This document shows, piece by piece, positions 23,594-37,369 of a DNA stretch of 64,000 nt. Positions within the stretch are counted from its first letter, which is position 1; each line of letters starts with the position of its first letter. The notes beneath the pieces are model-generated. The model had not been told where the DNA came from and did not search any database. It worked only from the letters and a program-made list of their open reading frames with translations. The translations under genes and the position numbers were made by a program. This DNA comes from Spirogloea muscicola (lineage: Eukaryota), in contig WELB01000010.1 of assembly GCA_009602725.1 (NCBI GenBank), positions 409,151 to 473,150 on the forward strand, written 5' to 3'.

Positions 23594-26500
23594 TCAGTAT
23601 GTAAACGAAGTGGACCGGTTCAAAGAATTGCCAGCCAGTTGTGGAGTTCTTTCCAGCGTTCTCACTATATACTCTGTGTATGGTTTTGGTGGTGTGATGG
23701 TTTGTGAGTGTGGTAGATTACCACGCTCTCTACCACTATCCGCATGTTCAGGGGTTGAAGGAGGTGGAGAAGATGCTGGTTCAGGATTTCTCGACCTGGT
23801 ACTGGCTGGAGAAAATATTCGCCTTCTACCGAAGAGTATTGACAAAAGTATGCAAAAAGCGGTTGTTGACAAACCCAACAAGGCACCGAAGCTGCCTGTA
23901 CCAAAAGTCACTGCTGAGTGAAATTGGTTGAGGCGAGCTTTCTGCCTGATGAATTGGATCAGCGACCGCCCTGTCTGGCTGTGCTCCTGATGACCCATGT
24001 AGTAGATAGGCACCGCTTGTTCAGACCCTGCAAAATTGGCACAATGTATGCATGAATAAGTGGTATTGATGTACAGAGTCATAAGCATTATAGGTGCAGA
24101 CACCCTGCCTGTGACGTGAAGCAGATCAACCACAACTCAGACATGACTCGGAAACTCATGGAGTTCTACTCTGACGCATCAATGTCTGCAGGTTTAGAGC
24201 AGAGCATGCCAGCCCGAACGCCCACTGAACCGTAGTGTGCAGCTCAAGCCTCAAGCTATAAGGTGGTATGGCAGGAACCTCTGCCAGGCAAAGAAAGCTG
24301 CAGTTTGTCCACAAACGCCGGGCCTGACTCTTGCAACTTCATCTGCCAAGTGACATGGCTAGAGTTATAAGTACACTTGTACTTGCACCCTGGAAAATTT
24401 GAGATGCTTCAAGCACAGCGAGGTGCAAGTTGTGATATAGGAGCCTGTAGCAACTGCTACATCAGATGGTTCCTCTTAAGCTGGACTGGCCAGTAGCGCA
24501 GAAGTTGTTTGCAAGGGAAAACAATGCCACAATCCACACCTGGAAATGCACTTCACAGGCGCTCACAAGCACCTTCTTGATGTCTATCCTGTCATGATGA
24601 GCCCACTTTGCTCCGACGTCCACCACATTCCCCACGACTCGCACAACACTCTCGTTGGCCAAATCCGAGAGCATCAGCTGCTCAGGCACTCAGTTGGGGT
24701 CATATTTGGCATAGTCGTCGTCAGAGAAGAGCACAGGCTTCAGAAACGTTGGTTAGTAGAGATGAAGTCACCTTAACAGAAGCTATTCAACAAGCCAACA
24801 GGCTTGTCTTTCGAAGGCATGGAGTTTGAGAGCCCAAAGAAAGCAATCAGGTCCAGCGCTGACCCAGAAAAATACTGCACTGCATCGTGTTGCCCTTCAC
24901 CAACAACAGACCTTGCAGCTGGCCAAGCTACACCCGATAAGTCTTGATCATAAAAGACCCCATGGTTCTGCTTACCTCTGTCGTGTTCAGGACTGCAAAA
25001 TCTCCTAGGAAGAGCGCAACTGCAGGCCCAGCTGTTATCGATGGCCCTGGCACAGAGGCGCTGACATTCAAGGAGATGGCCCCGCCATCTGGTTGTGACC
25101 CGCACGCAGCAAGATCCGAGTACAAAGCAGCTGCCCACAGAGCTTCTGGGGACTTGGGCTGGAAGTGGCAGAAGTGCTCGCCAAAAGCCCGGTCCCAGTG
25201 TGCCTTCACTTCACTGCATTCAAGTGGTTCACTTTCACAGAGGAGTCAAGCATGCTGAGACAGGCTCTGTTGGCCAAGTAGCAAGAACATTAAACAATGG
25301 GTAGTCGTCGACTGTGCAACAATTCATCAGTCTTGGGGTGAGCTGCAAGCAAGTTGAAAAAGACTGCTGCTGAAAGGCAAGGGCAGACTTACCCAAGATA
25401 AGGTGGATGCACACTGCAAGAGAAGTCTATTTCACCCGTCAAGTTGTTGTGGCTCACATCCCTGCTCTCATAAAGATGACAACTCAGTGGCAAACAGCCG
25501 AACATGCATTCAGAACCCTATCAGAGGAACGGGACAGAGCCCGTACAGCAAGCACTAAGATCCAATACAAAACACCGATACTGAAGAGTCAATTGATAAA
25601 GCAATGACCTCACCAAAAGTTGACAGGAAATCTGTAGCCTGTCAGTGATGAGAGATCGTTTGATAACAATGCGGCAGCTGGTGGAGAGATGGAAGCTGCC
25701 GCTAGCTTGACAACTTCCACATCTGCATGCGTGCTGAACCCAGGGCCGTGGAATGCAACTGCAAGAAGCGTACAAAGTGTGCAACTTCAGCTCTACTGCC
25801 AGGAGTATGTTACTAATTATTGTGTGCAAGACCAAAGTGCAATAAACAGCTAGTCACTGGCTGTAAGATGCAATGAGTATCCACAAGTGCATCACAGGAT
25901 TTATGTGACATGGACCTCTTGCTTTCCCTGGTCCAACCCCGCATGTTCTCCCAGTGTCTTGGTCCACTTTGAGCACGCTCTGCTCACTGCTCGTCCAAAT
26001 GCCCGTGCTAGCTTCCACACTCCTTGTCGAAGGGCCTGCAACAGCTCTAAGCGCATTGCATGATCAGTCTGACTACAAGGCCACAATGTCACTGATTGTA
26101 CAAGTCAGGATGTTTTTGAAAATGTTGACTACATGTGTCAGAATGTGTGAAATTACTCAAGCCACTGGTAAGTGGTTTAAGTCAGCTTATGTAACAGATC
26201 TCACTGAAGGCTACCTCGGCAGCTGGAAAAAGTCTACAACAATAGAGCTGTTAAAACCTATTTCTGTGACTCACCTTTCCCACCACTAAGTGTGAAGTTG
26301 ACACAGCTATGCAACATGAGGACAGGGGAAGTTGGACAGATGTACGTCCCCACTTGCACCTGAGATGCAGCAGTAGGCGGGTATGAGATGCAGGACTTCG
26401 GTTATCACTGTCCACTTAACAGAGCATCGCATCTAATAAAGCAAGATACACGCCCATGCCCTTCAGATATTTGAGAGAGACATTACACAGAATAGACGTT

Positions 26501-29500
26501 CTCCATTGTTCCATAACTGCACTTTGGTCCTATATATGCTGACTCTCATACCGAGATACCTCAGCTGGTTCTAGAAACAGCTGAGACCTGAAGGTCAGAT
26601 CTTCACAATGAGCCTAGGAAGTGGGGTTTTGAGGCAAGTTGATGAGACCATGAGGAAGTCATGAACACGAGGGTTGCCAGCGAGTCCAATCCTCAGCCAG
26701 GCGGATCCTTGCTTCTTTGTCTGAAGATGCAGAACGCCATGACCCACTTCAACAGAACATTGAAACAAAGACATGGTTTTTGGGTTTCTGAGTTTACAGA
26801 CCAATGATGAAGCAGAAAGACATGGCGACATGACCCTCAGCCTCTTCATCCTTACAAAGCGGAGGAACATGTGCAGCTACTGGGACTTGATAGACAGGCC
26901 TTTGCTGGTCGAGGCTGTATTCGAGCTTGACAGATTTCAAGACGACCCCGCTTGCTAAGATGCATGGTTGTCTTGCTACAAGAACAACCGTCAGAAGCAC
27001 CTGGACAACAAGGAGAAGCTCTGTGCCCTCCTGAATGACTTCCGCTGCAACAACATCTCTGTGGTTGTTCTCCACTGCAATCTGAGTACTACCCTTGCCC
27101 ACCTCACAGAATGGATGACCTGGACAGCAAAGCAGCCACTGTGATTACCTGGTCTCTATCTTTGAAGACAGTCATTGTCCTAGGACGAACCACTGATGAA
27201 AGGCAACTCGAAATTCTATTGCAGAGAATCACATTACCAATGTCATCCCGTAAGGAGATTCTGTATCGTTGTGAAGTGCCTATTGGCAAGTCTGCTAGGC
27301 GATCATGCAGCCCGTCTTGTCCCACCAGCATTTGTGAGATCTGGCAATACAGAAAAGCGAATCAGCGATCAAATATCCGAATGAAGGTAGTACGGAGTAG
27401 TGATACAGATCTGCTAATCTATGATGATAGAGGTTGCCCTAGACCTTGTTGCATGCTTTTTGGCAACCCAAGATGACTCAAGGCCAAGAACCTCTTAATA
27501 ACTGGACAAAGGATACAGCTTGACCTATAAGCATTGAAACGTCAAGCAACATGAGACCCAGGGCTAGCACTGGCGCACACGTAAATGAGAGTCTGAGACG
27601 GGCATGGAGTTCTGCGAGTACAACCTCGGAAACTTCTGGTTCATGCTGACTATACCTCTGCAGTACGGATGCAGATAGCCATTTCGCCTCGCCCTGTCGA
27701 AGGCTCTCTAGCAAACAGGCAGCCAACTCCTGGATACTCTGAGGTCCTTAATTTGTACTTTTCCACCAATGTGACAGCATCCACGTTTGCTGGATCCTGT
27801 TCAACACTTAGGCATCATAAGTGGCTGCTTCTCTTTCTCCCCAATCTGAAGACAAAGCGCTCAAATCTAAGGAACTTCAAGCAGCCCCATGCGTGGCTAG
27901 GCAATTGTCAATTGTGGCAATCGGTCCCAACAATCAGTGGTTCCAATGTCCAGTCTAGATGCAGTGCTAGGGCTGGACCCAGTACCTGCAGCACAGAGTA
28001 GCTGACCGAGCCCCCGTTCGCAGGGAGCAGTGGAGCAGAGCTGTGGCGAAGCGGGAGAAGCCACGTAGCAGTCATTGACATCGTCAGCGGGGGATCCGGA
28101 ACGACCCAAAGCACTTCCGATGTTGTGAAGTGGGCCTCGATGCTCTCATGTCCTCTCACAATTGTGCACTGAGCTGTGAAGGAGATTCTGGTCCTGCCTG
28201 CAGACCTGAGAGGGGGAGTTTAAGATACAAACTGCTCAATATATGAGCATTACAGTCAGCTGTACATATTATGCAGTAAGCGAACCATGGGTGTCATTCA
28301 CTTGTTCGCTGTATATATCATGCAGTAAAAGAATCATGGTTGGTAAGGAAGTACTCAGTCAATCTTCCATGGAGAGGACTTGTCTGATGGGGATGACCCT
28401 CACCTTCCAAGTATAATTGCTGCACAACCTCCACCTGCTTCGCCTCGGCTCCAGATCTCAATGACCTGCCCAAGTACATCTTCAGATTAGGTGCTATGGG
28501 GAGCCTTCTAACAATCGTACTGGCTTTGACAGCTTAAGCTATACTTGTCATCAATTAAGCTAACTTGTCATCAATTTTGATAGAGCAATATATAGTAATT
28601 CACGGTCAGCTTGTGTATTCTGACGTGGAACTACAGAGTGGTATCAAAGCTTGCCACAATTGTCCATGTCTTGCGGTATTCAGCACGGTCAAAAGCTCAA
28701 CAACCAGCACCTTACTGTCCGTAACAGACCAGCTGCACTTGTAGCAGAGGGGCCCGAATGACAGTAGATTTTCACCCTGCACGGATGGTGCCATAGATTC
28801 GATATGACAAGGTATTGCATTCTTGCAAGACGGAACCATATGACTAGCTGTGGCACTGCAACTATTGATGCATGTCCACCGAGCTCGGAAATCAAAATCA
28901 GGTGTAAAAATTTTAGCAAGCCTGTCAATATGCTACAAGCTGACAAGAATCAAATTTGAAGTTGCGAGTACTCAGCGCAGACTTGCCTCTGCAAGCCCCA
29001 CAGGAAAGATGGACATTGTTTTCCCGACTCCTAGCCGACCTCCCCGGGTCTCAAGGCTGATGTTTTGGGGTTTATGCACACGAATGGGCGCCTCCGCCTG
29101 ACTGAGTATGCTGCCATCAGCCCCTTCAGCTCGCGCATACACAGACTGCATCCAGGTCATGGACGACAAGCGCAAATGGGTATACGGCAAGACTGGCAGC
29201 ACCTCCATATTTTGCTGCAGGGCATGCTACCGCAATATCCGCCCACCAAGTCACAATGATCAACCAGAGAGCTTGTGACATAAGGCAGCCTCACCAAGTA
29301 GCCCTCCTTCAGCGCCTGCAGCAAGCCAGTGATGGGATCCACGGTGGCAGTAACCTCATCCGAGGTTACAAACCTTAGTCGAGCACCGGTCGAAGGGCCT
29401 CCGCTGACAGTCATCTGGTTGTCACACATGAGTGCCGTTAGGATTATGCTGGAGACGGTACAGAGGTATACCGTTGCTTCCGTTTGCCAGGTACAGTAGT

Positions 29501-32500
29501 GAGCAATATCTTACAGAGGTAAGCATATGCCACTTGTTGGTATCACTGATCTATACCTGATAGTCAGCTCCAGGCGCAATTAATAAGACTGGCGGTTGTA
29601 TCGCAAGCGGACTGTAGACAAGAATCCTGACTGGCTCACTGATGACCTTCCTTCCAGACGGTTGCAACAGCGTCACCTGCCGAACAACAGTGCAAAGTAG
29701 ACTGCTCAGTCACGTACTTGAGTAAAAGCTATATGATGCTCTGGAAAATGCCAAAGACTTCCACGCAAACATCGTCTATTAAGGCTGAGTTGGGCTGTCA
29801 GCAATTCGTGGACTTGTCAACCTGGAGGAAAGAGGCGATCCCTGGCGCCTGACCCCTGATCCAGAAAGAGCTGCTAGAGGCTGGTCCCGCGGAGGTTGGA
29901 TGGATGTTGCCCACAGATGTGCCAATGCCGATCACTTCAACGATATCCTCTTGGACATGCACAGTGAGGTTCATCAAAGTGAACTGCAGAAACAGCAATG
30001 GCCATCTGTCAGTGCTATCTTGACTTACATGTATATTACAGACGAGACAATGTGCTGCATGCTGAGACCAACACCAAGTCCTCAAATCCATGAGGAAGGT
30101 GATAGTTTGCACTCCTCCAAGCAATAGCCATCTGTTGGCTTATCCCATGCAAAGCATGCAACCGTAGGCATGCCAGTGGACGTCGTCATTAACATATGAT
30201 TGACATACAAAAGTCCAAGTTATATCACGCCTCAACTTCACGTCAATGTCACCTGAGTGTTATCAAACTTCCGCCCAGAATTATCTCCCGCTTGCATCTC
30301 AATGTTCATAATAGCTCCAACCTGCAGGACGGATGTGTGGCAATTGACCAGAATCTGTAAGCTAGAAGAGAGCTGCTGAGCAGCACAATGTTGTGAAATT
30401 GAAACTCTCCATATTTTCTGACGGCTGCTCTGTCTTGTGGTAAATGAAGTCCAATGTTCTCATGCAACTCTCGCCACAGCTGAAATGATCGGCATGCTCT
30501 TCCACTACCTGCAGGCTTGGATCGTCTGGCAAGAGCAATCTTATCCATGCAACCTCTGAGACAAAAACCTGCACCCAACAAATGTTACTAGCTTCACCAA
30601 GTGCCTGCAGGGACATGAGGTCCCCGTCGTGTGGTTGTGTAGAACGTGCAAGCAGGCTCACCAGACCAATGTGCAACAATAACGAAACAGTCATACACCC
30701 AATGGCAAGAAAGTGGCCTGAAGGACCTAAGAGCTATACTTGTTAAGCTGCATGACAAGTGCTGATGTACACAATTGCTGCGGTAAGCAAAAGCTGTTAG
30801 CAGACAGAAATATACACCGTCGCCTGCCAGCTTACCGTTGCAGCTGCTTCTGCTTCCGGTATCAAGCCCTGGTCTCTTGCATGCACTTCAGCTGCTCCCA
30901 GTGCACTAACAGACAGAGTCAACTCGAGACTTCTGTTACCAACCGACGGCTTGACATGAGCAATCTTGACAACTGTGGAGTTTGTCACAGATGGCCTCAC
31001 ATCCAGGGTGCCACCAAGAATCTGCAGCTTTCCCTGCCATATACAGCACACAAAAAACTCTGTTGACTAAAAGTACACCGCTACATGCTTTGAGAGAGCT
31101 AAGTACAATCAAGGTTGCAGTGCTGAAAGCAGCTGTACATAGATTCTTGCTTGTCAATCTTGATGATCAACCAAGGACTATTCTAAATCACCTGCAGTAC
31201 TGGATCACACGGTCAGGCTACAGAGTTATTATGAATCGTCATTGTGGAGTGTATGGCCAACCTGATTATCAGGATGATAGTAGAGGACCATCAGACGAGG
31301 CTCCAGTCGCAAGGCACTCACAATCTGGTCATTCAAGAATGCAGGGCAAAGAACGTTTACCCTGGCGTAGAAGTGGCTGCTGATCAGCTTTGCAGCAAGT
31401 TTGCCTAAACCTCAGGCAGAGCAGCTGGTGCTTTTGATGACGGTTTCATCTAAGCAGAGGAGTCCTGTAGGAGTAGGAAGAGCAGACCTGCAATGTAAGT
31501 GAGGCTGCTGTTCTATCTCCCTTGCTTTCCAAGAGCTTGAGGAAAGACCTCTGTGCATCCAAGTCGATGTGTGCTGGCAATGAGCTGTAATCTACGCCCT
31601 TGAGCTGGGCTTTCACTGTGCACTGCAGTCACATTGCAAATCCACTGAGCATATGATCGTCATTGTGATTCTATTACAGAGATATCAGCTATAGGTGACG
31701 CTTGTGAATGCATGTATACAATATGAGAGAACAGGGCATAACAGTACAGCGCATGTTGAGGCTGGCCTGCAATCTGAGATGAAGATGCATAATCTAATAA
31801 TAGTCAGCATGACAATCTTTCGTCTGTCAACCCACCGGGCCTTCCTGCTGCTGCAAGACGATTCTGCGCCGCCAAGCACTGCCAACTACATCCTCCAGGT
31901 GGGCACGCCCTTCGCAATTCTCCAGGGACCAGCTCAGCGCCAGAGTGGAAGCGTTTGCAAAAGGCTGGCCATTGTCGTCCAAGGCAAGCGCCTCGAGCTC
32001 AAAGCGGCTTGCCGTTGTGACGGTCATTACGTTCTTCTTAACAGCCTCTTCCGCTGGCTTTGCCTCCACTTCTGCATCCAGCAGAGCTGTGCAAGCATCA
32101 AGAGTCTGCAGTGATTGCTTCAAATAATAAGTCCTCCTAATTGCTACTTGCCCAATCACATCAACATGTAAGGTACTCTTAGTGTGGCAGCAATGTCAGC
32201 TTCCTGCATATGACAGTAAAAATACTACAGTTTAGTGGTCTAAGTCAGGATTTTGCACACCTGCATCATGCAGTAGGAGTAGCATATCTGAGGGGGCAGT
32301 GCAGATTGACGTCAAGTTGGCCATCACCATGCTCGAGGCAGATCCACAAGTGACGCCTCGGACAAAGGTCACGACCTGTGCATGCAACGCGTCCTCACTA
32401 AGTGGCACTCAGCAATTGTAGTCTGATTGGAGGACCTCCTAGCGAAAAAGAAAGCAGAGGGTCCTTAAGCAAAGGGCACTCACACTCGTGCCAACTCCTG

Positions 32501-35500
32501 TGCAGGTGACGACGTAGGACTGCCGCGACTGGCTGCTTCCAGGAAGGACACTGACGACTCGTCCTCTGGCCCCATTAGTCGTGTCTAGTACACTGAACGT
32601 ATCTGTGTACTTCCCACAAAGCCACCTGTCTGGGCCACCCTTGACCAGGACTTCCGCGCTGCTGCCCAGAGCCATTGTAACTTTAAGCTCCAAGCTATGG
32701 GGAGTTTCCTTGCGAGTGATGCCTTCCTCGGCGAGCTCCAATTTCAGTGGTGGGTAAGACGCGACAGTCCAGGTTGCTTCAAGCTGTGCCGGAGGGGGGA
32801 GGCTCGCGGGCGGCTGCCGTCCTGCGAGCTGTGCCACGTCGAGGCTGGCCACTACAGATGTGCGGCCTGTCTCCATGGCCTTCAAGATGGCGTAAGCACA
32901 GGCTTCTGGGCCGACCACCTTCGAGATGCTGTCGTGTGCGCCAGGCGGCAACTGGTCCAGCAATTGGAAGGAAGGCATGTCGTCCTTGAGTCGCCAATGG
33001 ACGAGGCTGACCAAGCCACTGCAGTTGGAGTAGCTGTTTCCTGCAAAGGAGAACTTGCTGGCATACTCAGCAGGTCATTCATACACCCATAACATGTCAT
33101 CAGAATTCCAAATATATTCCAGCTTCTAATGGAGAAGTCAATCTACGAAGAAGGTATACAGAATACAAAGAAGATATACTCATCACCATCACTAATTCAT
33201 GCTAGAACTAATCACTGCCAGTCATAAAACATAACAATAAATAGATTACAAGCGCAGTCTATTCATTCATGGCTGTTTTATCAGGGACTAATAGTGCACC
33301 TGAGGGGTCCAATGCCGTCACTGCTATAGGGAGCAAGTTACCCAGCGCTGTTGCCCACTGTAAATCGCGTGCCGGCTCTAACTTGCCTGGGATAGAGACT
33401 TCAAGAGGTACCTGTTAAACCCAAGAGCACCATCTGTGAGGAATGCTGTAAAGCTGAAAGCACAGCCTTCTCATTAGCACCTATCTGTTGACTTTTCTGT
33501 TGTGCATTACATACACTGCGCAAAGCAGAAAAAAGCTGCACTGAATGCTAAAACTTGTATTTCCACTGCAATGGCAGAAACTAAGAACTCTTCCGCTGCG
33601 CAGCTCACGGTCTACTGGTTGCATATTCTGTGCCTCTTTAGAATACAATTGCCACAGACAACTCTCTCCCTCCTCAGCGAAGAGTGGCCCTGTTATGGTC
33701 TACTGACCGAAGCAAAGTTAAGGGGATCATGGGTTGCGGTGGCTGTGATCAGGGTGCGTCCCGCTCCCTGCACCTTGATAACACCGTCGGCCACCAATAC
33801 AGCTACTGATGTTTTTTGAGAGGACCACAGGAAGTCCTGGGCCGAGACTCCACAACCTGCACCAAGTAGTCTGGATTGACTGTTTTCCTTTTGACCCCAG
33901 CATTTGTTGATTGAAGAAGCATCCTGAGCAGACATTGGCAGTAACTTGCTTGCGGTAAGCAGGTCTTGTGAAGCTGAGAAGAATAGTACATGGGGCCCCA
34001 ATAGATGTTACCTCCTCGTGCATTCAGTGCAAAGGTCTGCAGAATTCCAGGAACCCATGGAAGCCTGATGACTTGAGCAGTAGTGGCTGAAGAACTTGTT
34101 GCTTGTAAGTGAACTTGATGGCAGGCAATCACGCTTTGCTCCACCCGAAGAACCTAAGCATGAATGGAAAGCATGGAGCAGGTGGAAACTTGTACTGCTA
34201 GCAAGCACCAGGAATTCTGACGGGGTCGACAGGACATGCATAAGCTCTTCAGTATCCATGCCGCACTAACAAGCTTACACAAAGCTATGACATTGGACAG
34301 CACTTCTGCATGCAGCAGAGGCCTTGTTGAAGCTGCAAGCTTTGCATGAAGCTTCCTGTCATGTCATACACACCTTCTCGTCCTCCTTCATCCACTGCCC
34401 AGCAGTAGTGTCAAATCGTAAGCTCCGGTACATGAGCCAAGCTAGCAAGGTACCCACTCCAGGCGCGACTGGCCTCAATGCTGTCGCATTCTGCCAGCCT
34501 TGTGTTGCAGCCACTTCCTCTGGGATGGGCAATGCCTCCCACACGGCCTCATTTGCCAACTTCAGGGTCAGATTATCATGCTGCATGGCAAGATAAAACA
34601 GTCATGTAAGAGCTGCTTAAGATTCAATCTTGAGGCTACTTCACGACCAACAGCTAACATCGACTGTTGTGATGCATACCAACTGCAGACCACCTGCTAC
34701 ATACAGACTAGTGCTATGGCGGCACAACAAGGTGGCTAGACACCAATGGTAAAGCCAAGGACGTTGCTGAGCGTGTCATCTACTCTTTGAATGATAGATT
34801 GATCAATGTAACAGTCGCTGATAGGTTTGACAAGCTGGAGGATAGTCCTCTACCTTGGTCAAGATGAGGGGCCGAGAGCCTGACTCCTTGGAGAACGAGA
34901 GCGCAGTGACCACATATGACCTCCCCACGACCACCTGCCATGGGGTGTCCAAGGACGCAGCAAAAGTGGTCGCCTGCTTGCTGTCCTGCAGGGCAGCAAG
35001 GTACAGCTGCAGCGACACAGGTGTCACCACGTTGATGACGCACAGCTGTGTGTGGCCCTGCACGCGCATGTCTTCGGCGATGACCTGGGCAGACCCTGGA
35101 GAGTAGCCAAACACGTGTCCAGTCCGGGCATCGACGTGGGCAATGCTCTCATTCATGGAGGAGAACCGGTAGTGTGCCGTTGGCAGTCTGACCTCTGCAA
35201 AGCAACTCACAGAAAGCCAGTTCTTACTGAGTTGTCATTTGGAGTGAACACAAGTAACCCAGATATGGACATTTGCAAGTGTCTGTGCTGAGATGCCTGC
35301 TGCTGCCATTAACCATACCAGTTACTGAAGCTTGGTCTTCTCAGCGCCACAAGACTACAAGGTTACTATCAACAAGGTGATCATAACTGCTGCTCGCACC
35401 CGTTGCTCTGCCCTGGCCAAGGACCTTGAGAACAAGATGGAAGATGCCGCCTGGCATTAAGAAGATCGGAGAAGGCGGCTCGAGGAAGAACGCCTCTGCC

Positions 35501-37329
35501 ACAGTAAGTGAGATGGAGTCTTGCAGGTCCTCGAGTGAAGGCTCCACAATGCGCACGGTCACTTTCTCCAGCCCGGCTGCAACTCCCCTGACAACCAGAA
35601 GATCCGACCGCAGCGCCTGCCACCATTCCATATCATTTTGAGATGAGCTCGAATAGCACGACTATTGTCACGGACTCGGCCATTACATTCTTTGGTGGTT
35701 GAATTTTCAACCTTGGCTAAGCTAAACAGCTTGCCACACTCGGCCTGTGCTGCAGGGCCAAAGCACAATGTGTTTGCAGAGCTCAAGTGCTGTGGCAAAG
35801 TGAACAACAATGTGCAACTGAGGCTCATATGTTTACAAGAGGACAGGTGATAAGTTGTATACTTTGGACCTATAGTGTCTGAGGTACATTGATAACGTAC
35901 GGAATCGTTGAGGTCTATTTCGTCAGTCAGCTCGCTTCTGAGGTGGAGCGGCGTTTCTTGGAGAGGCATCTGCTCTAAGCGGTGCCGGTCCTCTTTGACT
36001 CCCAGGGGGTCAGCCGGATAAAGCTCCCAGAGGAACTGCACGCCCACGAGCGACGAAAAGACATTGTCTGCCAAACAAAAGCAGCCGGCTCAGCCAGCGC
36101 ACGCGCTCCTGATCATCCTTTTGTGAGTATACATTGTCCGTTGCACAAGCCAAGAGTTCTTGTCCTCCTAATTTTCTCACGCTTGCACTCCACCAATCAT
36201 CAGGCAACAGCTCACAAGACCGGGTCGATGACTTGCATGACTTGCAGAGGCAGGGGCGAACAAGCACAATAACTAAGGTGCTGCAAGCAGCCTCCCTCCA
36301 CACACCTTCCGAGTCGAATGCAAGCGCCTGGAGGCTGGCGAAGCTGCCAAGGTCAATCTTGGTGGAGTGATGGAAGATGCGGAGCTGCGCTGGCGTGTCC
36401 ACCGACACCTGGCACTGCAGCACCACCCCTGTGGTGGCATCCGTTGCCCGCACAGACGTGGTGCGCCGCCCAGCATATGGTGCAATGGACTTCACAATGG
36501 TGCTGGAAAAGCAGGGGCCGCCATGGTTGCCAGGTGCAGCATGGCTACTAGCCTCCGGCTCCAATGAGATAAGATCGTGATCGTCCCAGGCCCTGTGGAA
36601 TGCCATAAGAATTAGGTGTTAAAGTTATGGGGTTCAGATTTCTAAGTTCCACAAGTAGGGGTCAGCATTTGGGCTTAAAGTCTATATCTCACGACTGAAG
36701 ATACAATTCAAAGCTCTCAAACTCCAGTGACTCCCTAAACCCTGACCCTTAGATCCTAAACCCTTGATCCCTAAAACCTAAACCTGAACCCCAACACCTA
36801 AACCCCGCACCCTAAACCCTAACCCTAGTTCTAAACCCTGGGGTTCAGCGTGAATCTCGCACAAACATGCAACCAACATGGTGCGAGCTGCCAAAGGGCT
36901 CGGGTGCGCTAGCATCCTGCTGCTTCTTCTGAGCCTTTGCTCAGCTGCCGGGGATGTCCTCCGAATGTGGGCTGCAGCAGCGGGGTGGCAGCATCGCCTG
37001 CCCTGCATACATCTCGAAAGCACAAAGCTTCTTCTACAAGGGCGGGGCCATTGAAGAGGCCCAGCCCTGCAGGCCCTTCAGCGCGCCAGTTTGTAGGCTT
37101 CTCGCAGTGATCCTGCCGCTGAGCGAGCGCACGACGGCGATAGAAGACGGCGTGGAGGTCGTCACCAGGTGAAGCAGCCGTTGGAGGCGTGCAGGCGGTA
37201 CTGGACGGGACGAGCGGCGAGAGGCGGCAGTAGCAAGTCCAGGTCGCTGATCTGCGGGCCGCCGGCGCCGTCGCAGCGGGCCGCCAGCGCCAGCAGCGCC
37301 GCCAGCAGCGCCGCCAGCGGCGCAGCCAT
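23594..37329 (-). CDS. GP210: Nuclear pore membrane glycoprotein GP210/NUP210 (about 35-40 exons)
   Basis: Signal peptide then GPQISDLDLLLPP..VQYRLHASNGCFTW|AWDDHDLISLEP, APYAGRRTTSVRATD, LQALAFDSEG, NVFSSLVGVQFLW, SDLLVVRG and Ig-like repeats. C-terminal TM segment followed by TPPKPYTEYIVRTLERTP. Confidence 0.92.
36720..36845 (-). repeat. Degenerate plant telomeric (TTTAGGG)n array in intron 1 of GP210
   Basis: The + strand reads CCCTAAACCCTGACCCTTAGATCCTAAACCCTTGATCCCTAAAACCTAAACCTGAACCCC...CCCTAAACCCTAACCCTAG..CTAAACCCTG. Confidence 0.85.
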
Positions 37330-37369
37330 CGTCGCGCCGCGAGGAAAAAAAAAAAAAAAAAAAAAAAAA

